Positions 39,716 through 50,271 of a stretch of DNA of 64,000 nucleotides are shown piece by piece. How positions within the stretch are numbered: position 1 is the stretch's first letter; each line of letters begins with the position of its first letter. The translations under genes and the position numbers were made by a program. Below the pieces are notes generated by a model. That model was not told the DNA's origin. It ran no database searches and worked only from the letters and a program-made list of their open reading frames with translations. The stretch lies in NCBI RefSeq assembly GCF_000150275.1, contig NW_002060961.1, forward strand, positions 186,001-250,000. The letters run 5' to 3'. Origin of the DNA: Trichoplax adhaerens. Its lineage: Eukaryota > Animalia > Placozoa.

Positions 39716-40800
39716 CGCTATTGACATTTTGGTGGAAAAACTACTGCAGTACTGCATGGGCAAGTTGGAACGTTGACCGATAATTATTATGATTGAATTT
39801 AAATTTTGCAATTATAGTATGTACAGTACAGCATCGCTATTGACATTTTGGTGGAAAGAGGAAAATTACTGCAGCACTGCATGGGCAAGTTGGAACGCTG
39901 ACCGATAATTATTATGATTATGATTGAATTCCAATTTTTGCAATTACTGTACAGTATCGCTGTTGACATTTTGGTGGAAAAACAACTGCAGTACTGCATG
40001 GGCAAGTTGGAACGTTGACCGATAATGAATATGATTGAATTCAAATTTTTGCAATTACAGTACTGTACAGCATCGCTATTGACATTTTGGTGGAAAAATT
40101 ACTTCAGCACTGCATGGGCAAGTTGGAACGTTGACCGATAATTATTATGATTATGATTGAATTCCAATTTTGCAATTACTGTACTGTACAGTATCGCTGT
40201 TGACATTTTGGTGGAAAAACAACTGCAGTGCTGCATGGGCAAGTTGGAACGTTGACCGATAATTATTATGATTATGATTGAATTTAAATTTTTGCAATTA
40301 CAGTACTGTACACTGTACAGCATCGCTATTGACATTTTGGTGGAAAAATTACTTCAGCACTGCATGGGCAGGTTGGAACGTTGACCGATAATTATTATGA
40401 TTGAATTTAAATTTTGCAATTACAGTATGTACAGTACAGCATCGCTATTGACATTTTGGTGGAAAGAGGAAAATTACTGCAGTACTGCATGGGCAAGTTG
40501 GAACGTTGACCGATAATTATTATGATTATGATTGAATTCAAATTTTTGCAATTACAGTACTGTACACTGTACAGCATCGCTATTGACATTTTGGTGGAAA
40601 AATTACTTCAGCACTGCATGGGCAAGCTGGAACGTTGACCGATAATTATTATAATTATGATTGAATTCCAATTTTGCAATTACTGTACAGTATCGCTGTT
40701 GACATTTTGGTGGAAAAACAACTGCAGTACTGCATGGGCAAGTTGGAACGTTGACCGATAATGAATATGATTGAATTCAAGTTTTGCAATTACCGTGCTG
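39716..40800. repeat. Tandem satellite, 9 copies of a ~116-135-bp unit
   Basis: tcgct(a/g)ttgacattttggtggaaa..tgcagtactgcatgggcaagttggaacgttgaccgataattattatgattgaatt..ttttgcaatta starts at ~39716, 39835, 39957, 40073, 40194, 40323, 40442, 40577 and 40693. Confidence 0.97.
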
Positions 40801-41565
40801 TACTGTACAGTACAGTACGTAGAGTAGAGGCGTAAATGAACTAGATCCATAGCTGGATAGGGGAGCGTGAGAGACGAAAGAAGTTGAAGAAAGCTTTCAT
40901 CGCACTATCGCCATTTATGACAAGATCGTGCCTTGATAGAGACACTTGGGTTAAATTTTCCAAAAATTGGAACCTCTTAAATGAAAAAGTTCACGTTAAA
41001 TGTCGTATGTGGGTGTCAGCGAAATGATCCTCACTTGCGATCATAGAATCATCAACGCACCCTCGACAAGGACGATGGTTCATAAAAGCGAGCCAATCGG
41101 TTTATATATGTAGACTAAAATGACTCTAATTATGGGCACAACGAGGCGCAACCCTGCGCAGTGAGTGTGCACCAAGAATACAGTAGCAGTGTACCGAACC
41201 GTACCTGACCGTACAGTACTCTACTGTACTGTATTTGTATTAATGCAAAATTGAAATGAACTATTGTACTGTACTGTACAGTGTACAGTGTACAGTAGCG
41301 GCTGGTTTTGTGCCACTCGCTACACTGTACACTGTACTGTACTGTACGTTTTGGACGATAGCGTACAGTACTGTACACTGTACAGTACACTTGAATGACC
41401 AGAAAATTGATAAAATCCTCTACGTTCTTTTCCATTCAAGGCAGCTTTCCGTCCGTCTTTCTTTTCAGTACAGTACTGTACTGTACTGTACTGTACTGTT
41501 GCAGCATGGTACTGTAGCACGGGTTGCGACCATACGACCAGGTCTGACAAAATTGGGGAAATAAA

Positions 41566-42207
41566 ATGGATAAAATAGTCTATCGAACTCGCATCTCCTC
41601 GGCTATTCTTGCTGTTGTGAATGGTTTAAGGGGACCCTTAACAAAAAGTGGTACGTACAAATCCAATGTAGCTTCAATATGCCGCATTTCTCTTCAACGA
41701 TTATATTCAACAGAAATAATTAAAGCCAATCGTCCAAATTACTATTACGTGCTTGGTATATCGCCGAGCGCAACTCAAGCTGAGATCAAAGCTTCTTATT
41801 ATCGCCTTTGCAAGAAATATCACCCTGACGTAATCGGTAGTAGCCTGGTAGATCATAATAAATTTACTGAAATTACTGAGGCGTATTCAGTTTTAGCTTC
41901 TGTCGAATTGCGTCGAAAGTATGACAGAAGTATGATGGTAGAACATGGGTATCCGGCACATTCTACACGTTCAAAAAACAATCCTCGACCAACCATGCAT
42001 TCTAGTAGTCGGTTTGATCGATCTCGTCGAGCTGACTATGCTAGCGCTTATACGTTGAAAAGAAACGATCAATCGCCACATGCGGCAAAAGAAGCTACGG
42101 ATCGAATGAATCAAGTTGCAGCTGAAACGAGGGAACATCGGAGATCAATTTGGACGGTTATGCTACTAATTCTAATTTTGGCTCCTATATTGACCCGTAT
42201 CAGTTGA
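41566..42207 (+). CDS. DNAJC30: Mitochondrial J-domain co-chaperone, single exon
   Basis: Basic amphipathic N-terminal presequence, J domain YYVLGISPSATQAEIKASYYRLCKKYHPD..FTEITEAYSVLASVELRRKYDR, and a C-terminal TM segment. It is intronless, like DNAJC30. Confidence 0.85.
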   Translation: MDKIVYRTRISSAILAVVNGLRGPLTKSGTYKSNVASICRISLQRLYSTEIIKANRPNYYYVLGISPSATQAEIKASYYRLCKKYHPDVIGSSLVDHNKFTEITEAYSVLASVELRRKYDRSMMVEHGYPAHSTRSKNNPRPTMHSSSRFDRSRRADYASAYTLKRNDQSPHAAKEATDRMNQVAAETREHRRSIWTVMLLILILAPILTRIS

Positions 42208-42589
42208 ATCAGATTGGATGAAAAATTACCAATGATTTGCTGACTTGACAAACTACAGTAGTTTATCACTTTGAAAAGTGATTCCTCAGTAACCTTGACC
42301 TAGCCTACACAGATATGTACAGTATTTTACAAGTTGAAGACTCGGATTCCTGCTATTATTAGAGTCATGACTGTTGTACTGTTAACACTATACAGTACAG
42401 AAAGACAAGTTGACATTCCAATCAATATTACGCAAGATACCAATGAATGGAAAATTTCATTTCATCTTCTGACTTTTACTTTCCTGTCACCAACCAGCTT
42501 TATGATAACATAACTTAAAGGTCAACTTCTACATATTCACAGTACTGTACTTTGTAAGCCGATGACTATTTTAGTTAGGTAAAACTAGA

Positions 42590-44456
42590 GAACTGATTTT
42601 ATTGAATAATTTGCCGAGCTTCCCTACACTTCGCCTGCTGCTAGCCTTGGTCAATTATCCTGCAAAAATAATATAATCAATTATATAATTATCGATGTGT
42701 GGACATCTACTGACTAACTTCTACGATCTTCCTACTATTAGTCAGAATTACAGCCACAAGACTAGACTACATTACAAGAGCTTGTACTAATCAATTCCTG
42801 TAGCACATCATAACCAGTGATTCATAGTCACCATCTAAGAACGTTGGTTTTACTAAATTTAGTCAACTAAAATTTCACGGTAGTTTATACTAACACATTT
42901 CTACAGAGCGGACCGTATAAATAAGCTATATTCTAGCTCAGGTAGTTTTTCATCGTTACTGCAAACGGACAATGTACGTATATTTAAAAGATAAGAAACT
43001 GAACTTATCAGAGAAGTAAAACATCAATCTTTGCATTTATAGAAACTATAGCAGTTGCCTTGAGCATCAGAAGTATATTGTAAATATGCAATGTAATTAA
43101 CGTACCGAATGAAAGCTTCCATCTTTTGTAAACTACTGGTACTGTATCTGGTGTACCATCGCTCATGCTGTAAATTGATCTGATTAATTGTCAATCAGTG
43201 ATAAATTGTATAGTGAAGTAAAAAGTAAAAGTACAGTATAGGACGCAAAGTATAATGAGTGAGGATCTACTAGTATTTAATAACTATTATTATAGTACGC
43301 AATGATACTGATTACAGAGTATTCGCCAAGCATTCAATCAAGTATTTACGTGTAGTATATTACATTATCTTGCAATTCAGTTCCTAAACTGGTACACACG
43401 CTAAAGCTGAGCGATTGCTGCGAATATTTCAATTTCTATGCTATTACGTACAGAATCAAGCATACTTATGATTTTATTCTCGATTTTACGCTTGTCACAA
43501 AGTGACTTTTATTAACTAATGCTTAGCTTATTTTCGTCCGATAACAAACTTGCTATTTGTCCAAAATACCGTTATTTATGGCGTTATACATTCTTTTAAA
43601 GATAAATGCATAGTTTTATAATATTATCTCAATACTTATAATTAATTAATATTTACGGAAATTGACTTTTTTTTCAATAAAGTTTTGGATTTAGTTTTGT
43701 CTAAGAGAGTCTAATGTAGTTATTGCTCCCCTGATGATAGGAGATCGTCAGTATTTAGAGTCGTACAGTAAGTAGATATCGGGGAGGACAAACCGAACAC
43801 TCGACTTAACTCTGATTTAACGCCATTCAAGGCCTTATTTCGACGTATTGACGAGTAGTAACTTTGTAAAACTGCCGGTATAGAGTTAGAATGAGCGTCT
43901 GACTGAGCAGGTAGATACCATGCATATGAAAGTGGACGATGATCGGCAGAACCAGTGTTTCCGTTATACATTACAAATGCTGTCAATGTATTTGAGGTAA
44001 AAAGTCGAAACGAATATGTCAAGCGACCGTGATAACGTAAAGTAAAAGGTGCAAGCATAGCACGCGAAGTATCACGAACGAGGGATCAACTAGTAATATG
44101 CGTATATAATTTTGTAATTATTAGCAGGAATTCGAAAGTGATTGATTATAATCCCCATCATCTCCAGCACGAGTAAACGCTTCCAGTAGACAGCATTGTT
44201 TACAGTACTGTACAGTAAGTATATAACTTCCAATAATTATCATTCATCTTATCATACTGTAATAAATGTCCAATTCCTGCTAATAACGTGCTTAGCGACT
44301 TTGGTCGGTAGTAAACATTTCAAGTTTATTTTGTTGTGAGCAATACAGTCGTCCTGTTGTGGTCAATCGGCCCAATTGCTAGAATTGACTTACGTAGGAT
44401 TATCCGACTAATTTCGCTTTGATCATCGGGTATTTATCGAGCTATGAGGGAAAAGG
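42590..44456 (-). ncRNA. Putative spliced non-coding 5'TOP transcript (snoRNA-host-like)
   Basis: Pyrimidine start CCTTTTCCCTC (~44456-44446), donor gtaagt at 44393, a CAG/GT-bounded 63-64-nt exon at ~43148-43086, and a last exon from 42659 with AATAAA at ~42603-42598. No long spliced ORF was found. Confidence 0.4.
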
Positions 44457-44567
44457 ACGAAATCAAAATTTGCCGGTGGTCATCCCAGGGGCTAGGGTTA
44501 GACTCCTCTTTTCTACAGTACACTGTACTGTAGGATTACAGTGTAACATACTGTACACTGTGCTTGT

Positions 44568-45035
44568 ACCAATCAAGTTTATGATCGAGATCACGTGAAC
44601 TATTGATCGGTCAAATCGTGGAAACGGACTACTGTACTGTACACTGTACAGTGTACAGTATTTCTTTGGTCATTTTCAAGCTACACCAATCAAATTTAGG
44701 ATCGAGATCACGTGAACTATTGATCAGTCAAATCGTCGAAACTGACTACTGTATTTCCTTGGTCATTTTAACTGCACTCCACCACTGGAACCGTACCCTA
44801 CAGTACACCAATCAAGTTTATGATCGAGATCACGTGTACTATTGATCAGTCAAATCGTCGAAACTGACTACTGTATTTCCTTGGTCATTTTAACTGCACT
44901 CCACCACTGGAACCGTACCCTACAGTACACCAATCAAGTTTATGATCGAGATCACGTGAACAATTGATTGGTCAACGCGTCGTATTGGCTTGGTCATTTC
45001 AACAACACTCCACAACTGAAACCGTCCCCTACACT
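44568..45035. repeat. Four tandem copies of a ~120-bp promoter unit, each with CCAAT and an E-box (TCACGTG)
   Basis: accaatcaa.tt.a.gatcgagatcacgtg.ac.attgat starts at 44568, 44685, 44807 and 44929. Confidence 0.93.
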
Positions 45036-45206
45036 ATACTATACTACTCAGTACTGTTCAAGTATTCATAGTCCGATGACTAGGCAACATTTCAGAGTAA
45101 ACAAGTGCAGCCGTATCCTGTGCAATGGGCATCAGGGGTTGCTTATAAATTTATTTGAAACTTGCAAATTGACGACTGTCTGTAAATAAAGTAGAATAGA
45201 AAAGCA

Positions 45207-48200
45207 ATGTCTAAAAAGTAAGTCAAGATGAGTATCATTGAAATCAATTAGGAAATGAATGCATCAATATTAATCTTTCTAGACGGTATATGTCTCTGCC
45301 ATGTACTCGTACACCCCTCCACTGACTCAGTCTACAGTAGAGCATAGGAGACTAGTGTTTCTATGCTAGTGTTAAGCTACAGTAACTTCACAATTTAGTA
45401 AGCAATTTACTCCAAATCATTTGTAATTCAATTGACGATGGATGCATGGGATTGAATCGTTTAAACATGCCATCCAAATGGTTTGCATCTATTAAGATTG
45501 ATTTACTTAGTCCTTTATTGAATCGATTTTGCAAGGCTAAATAGTATCTGTTGCTGCATTCAAATCGGACATACTTCCTATATAGTGTATTGCCGGAGAT
45601 AGCTTGATCAACTTCAACGGCTTACTTTTCGTCCTTATCATGTTATATCACGATATCATGCCACTCTATACGGTAGTTAGACTATTTAAATGTCCTCAAT
45701 CGCCTTGTACTGTATATAAAATGTTACTGAAGAAATGGTGATTGATTTGTGAAGGGATAATGACCTCCTCGATAGATAAAAGATAAGCACATGCCAACTA
45801 GAAAGTTACCAGTAATCCATCACGATACTGTATATATGTTATGTATATATATATATATATGTCATATACATTTGTTAGTTAATCCAATGTTTATTATGTC
45901 AAGCAAATGCTATTAAAAATCTGTCACACAATGCAGTTATTGCTATACAGCGAATATCTTCATATCTGGCAGTATTATGACATGGATAATAGTAATTATA
46001 CTATCAACTGTCGGAAAAATCTTATCCTATGTGCTCTTATCCTTCAATGGCTACTAGGAATAAAAGAAAGAGGGAAAGTAGCGATTCGATCAGTTCTTCC
46101 GATGGCGAAAGTATGTATTATCATATATTATAGAAAAAATCCATAATGTAAACAATTTTAAGAAAGTACTAGTCGATGCTTTTGATGTGAAGGTTTCACA
46201 TAAAGTGAATGTTTGAAGAATTGCTATAGCAATATTCATATACCGTACCTGGATCAACTCATTTAATGTATGCACAATAGCGTACAAAACTGTCAGTAAA
46301 CTACACATACTGATCTATAAAATCAATATTTTCACCCTTGATTCCATCATATTCTCATTCTGAACAGAGCATTCAAGCAGCCATCATAAAAAGCATAAAA
46401 AGAAACAAGAAAGCGATCGCAGAAATGTCAAAGATATAGGTATCCTAATGATAATTTTTATATCAAACAAATTGAGTAGCAAACGTCTTGCCTTTTCAAT
46501 ATAGTCAGCACTTCACATCGATGCGACACTTAAACTTTTATAATGCATCTGACTTGTATAAAAAACATATTCTATTTAGTCTACTTAGCATAACACTTAG
46601 GATAGGTATATTGTATTCTTATTAGTGCAATAACCTCACTCATTTGAGAATGAATCTCTTGGCCATAGGTCCTGACGATTTTTACAATAAAAACTCCGAA
46701 TTTCGGACATGGTTAATTGAGAAAGTAAATATGTGAAAAGTTATGGTAGTGCATAAAGCACTTGTATTACACTTTGATATCATTGGTTATCACATTGGTA
46801 CCGAATACTACGATATCAGCAACGATAAAAACGATGAATCCTTTGATTTTTTAAGATCTAACTGAATTTCTTTAATACTTTTTAAGTATGGCGCCCATTT
46901 TGACAGTTATTCTAGTAGCAAGGCAAAGAAAATGTTTAAAAAGTTTTGTAAGAAATGGAATAAAGGAAAATTAAATGAGGTTAACATAGTATTCAAATTT
47001 ATACCGCTATTCCATACAAATTTTTGTTACACCACTATATACGATTCTAAAATGGACCTATGCATGGTTCAAATATGGAAAGCGCTTTTTTGAAACTTTA
47101 TAAAGTAACAAGTGTGCAGTATTGTGCTACTGTACATGTATACTTTGATAATAAATACAATTTATTTGGTCTTTATTTAGAAATATTATAATGGAATTCA
47201 ACCATCCACTATAGAACGTGAAGCTAGGACGGGCTACAAATGGAAGGTAGATAATACTCTAGCATTTATTTTATTTTAATAGTAAAGTAGGCTGGTTATC
47301 AATATACTGACGCTCTTCTGCTACCCAGTATAAATGCAGATTCAACAGTTCTTGTAACGGATATTTATTCTTACACTATAGTTCGCATCTGATATTGATG
47401 ATATCAAATTAGGATCTGTGAAAGATAAAGTTGGTAGTTGGACTAAAGGTAAAGGTGTAGAGTTACAACTAGGCGATAATAAAACACATCCTAAACATGT
47501 TGGCGACGCAGAATCGATCAAGCCAATTCAAGGACCAGCTGCTGGCCCTAGAATAGTATGTTTATTATACCGAGAAAATTGCTTTTAACTATGCTGTATT
47601 ACGACCTTGTAATGATAGTACTTTCATTACCTTTTATATTGCATAATAAATTATAACCATTATAATGGATTTCTTAGTCTACAGCATCACAAGCTGATAA
47701 AGAAGAATGGAACGAGTACGAAAACTACTTCAATAAAAAAAGATCTAAAAATGCTAAGGAGCATGACAAAATGGTAACATTGCTTCTGAATATCTAATAA
47801 TCCGGTCGTACATTTAAATTTATTTAGTAAATATTATTTAGGTTTTAGACGAATTATTGCCAAAAGCTACTGGAAGAGAAGCCGTAATAGAAAAAAGGAA
47901 GGCGAGATCGGAAACTAGGCGACATAGAGATGTTAGCCCAGGTTAGCGATCTTATATTGAATATAGCTTTCCATTAGCAACTAAAAGTACATTTATAACG
48001 GTAATGATCATTCACTTTAATAATTTAATTATGTAGTGGACTTGACCGATAATCTCTAGATATTTGAAATTAACATTATCGAGCAAATTCTCTATAAAGT
48101 TGTCCCGTCAAAAATTTATTCACCAGAGAATCTATGTTTTTACGGGCAACAAATTTCAGCAGGCAACCATGTTGCCTCTAATGTTATCAGATTTTAAGAA

Positions 48201-48863
48201 TGAGTTTTGCAATCTGAATTACTAGTATATGAAATAAAGAACGTACGATAGAGTATTAAACGACGTTAGAAATCTGTATTTGTAAAGTATCTAGCAGATT
48301 CTTATAAAAGATTTCATGTCAAACCATTTGCTACTACAATGATATTTTTTAGTTACTAATTCGTAACAATACCGTAGAAGTTACGTACTAATCTTTGATT
48401 ATGTACAATTAGGGGTGTCGGAATCATTTTTAATGGGCTCAAGGTTAGATTTTGTTTACTTATTATCAGTACATGTTTGTACAGTATAATGTACTGCTTG
48501 CTAAGGGTTTACCCGTACGAGTATGATTGCAATGCTTGAAACAGTGGAATGGACTTCCTTTTAAAGCATACTGTACTTTTACGTAATAGCGGGCCTGACA
48601 TCGAGAGAAATAAGCGAAAACGAGAGGAAAGAAGGTAAACAGGATAAAGATAGTTACTCTCCTTTGCACTCATAGTATAACTAGCGAATATATCACATTT
48701 AGGAGAAATGATCTCGTATAATCTAGTTATAATTTACATTTTAAGTATTTCGATGTTCTACAGCTTCATTCTTTAATATATCTCGTACGCTAGGGTTAGA
48801 CGATACCATGAAGCCGTAGAGAAAGTTAAAGGTTATCAAGAAAAAGAAAAGTCTCGGATGGCA
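45207..48863 (+). CDS. SCI1 (style cell-cycle inhibitor 1)-family nuclear protein; 3' end uncertain
   Basis: Spliced MSKKNKRKRESSDS..HHKKHKKK..GPDDFYNKNSEFRTWLIEK|YGAHFDSYSSSKAKKMFKKFCKKWNKGKLNE|KYYNGI..RTGYKWK..VLDELLPKATGREAVIEKRKAR..GYQEKEKSRMA. The core matches the SCI1-type pattern DYF.KN.EF..WL..F...WN.GKL...YY.GI. Confidence 0.78.
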
Positions 48864-50271
48864 GTATGTACAATAATCTGACTCTCCTGTATTACTGTAT
48901 TTGTGTATATAAAACGTATATGGCACTCTACATCACTATCATAAATTGCATATGTCAATAGTAAGTACCAATAGTTTATTAACTCAATGTTTCGCAAAAC
49001 ATAGGAGCTGTTGGCACTTGCTCGCGCGACAAAAAGTGAGAACGCCTTATGGTAGCCTCGCAGCTTTCTCCGGATTTAGATTTTATGTTTAATTTCATGT
49101 AACATAAAATATAATTTATATATATGTTATCCGCATAAATTCTATAACCTAGTTGAATGGAAGACTGTATCTCCTGAATGCATGTGTTAGCCATCAGGTT
49201 GCTTCATTGCCCATTTGTATTGATCTGCAACAGTATCTTCTCGCCTTTTCACTACACTATCTCACCAACGGTGATGCTATCAATAAAGATTTGATTTAGT
49301 AAATGAAATCGTAAGCTTTATAGGTCAGAATTCGTGAATCAAATATTGAGAAATTTCATCGCTTGATTCCTTTGAAGATGCGGACACTAAATCTACATCA
49401 TTCCTGTACTGTATTATATTGCATGCAAGTATTTTAGCGAAATAAGTCTGCTGAAACTTCGTTAAAGGTGTACTAATATTACAATAGAGACAAAATCAAT
49501 TCTAACCTACAATCTAGTCTGTACAGCATACCGTAGTTGTATCACTGTACCAAAAGTACTGGACTACCGTTAATTAATAGGCCATACGAATTCACTACGA
49601 ATAAGAACCGGCTAGCTGTAGACGCCAAACAACTTTAAATTAGAAGCCAGTTTAAAACTATCATTATAAAAACTCCAACATCATGCTCAATGAATCTTTC
49701 TATAAAACATGTATTTCAGTTAAATTATACCAATACACTTTAAATCGAAGAATAACGGTTTATTTCATTTACCGTTCAATTTACATTATGACGGCTTAAG
49801 GATGGATCTGAATCGATATCTCTAGGTATTTACCAGTAATTGGTCAAGTTTGTGTACAAGAGGCTAATTTTTTTCTTAAAATTACGATATCGGCACTACA
49901 GTTTCTACTTAAATTGCACGATAAACCTGATATAACTCATAGCTAAATGATACTTCAATATAAGATAAGAACGCGAAATTTGTAATAATGTTGTCATTAT
50001 CATTACACTAAGAAGTAACGTAAATTTTAGTTGAATTAGAGAAACTAGAGTGATTGTATAAATCTTATACTACCTATGTAGGCATGAATTGACATGTTGA
50101 AGATAACTACTGTACTTTTTCATAGCTACTCATAATCGGGCGATAAACTCCTACTAAAATATCGCCCCAAGGTTAAGTAACTCTACAGGCTACCATGAAC
50201 AGTTTTAGATCAAAACCAGGAATTATTTTAGTTCTATACGTGTATGAGAAAAATTTCATTAAAATATTTCA

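Noticed and set aside
39799-40589. Three similar minus-strand ORFs (NSIIIIIIIGQRSNLPMQ)
   Set aside because: They are translations of the satellite unit with frame-breaking indels between copies.
39716-40800. CRISPR-like array
   Set aside because: The units repeat along their whole length with no unique spacers, no cas genes are present, and the context is eukaryotic. It is a satellite.
41130-41564. Overlapping Y/C/T/V/Q/S-rich ORFs (also at 25099, 44603, 53221 and 60111)
   Set aside because: They are artefacts of stop-poor TACAG/CTGTA pentamer tracts.
43728-43790. Hammerhead ribozyme (CTGATGA)
   Set aside because: There is no stem II followed by GAAA, and no cleavage triplet in the required geometry.
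44489-44502. CTAACCCTA as a telomerase RNA template
   Set aside because: Only a 9-nt match. I found no convincing pseudoknot or CR4/5 P6.1 downstream, and the same motif occurs at a splice junction of the SCI1-like gene at ~48791.
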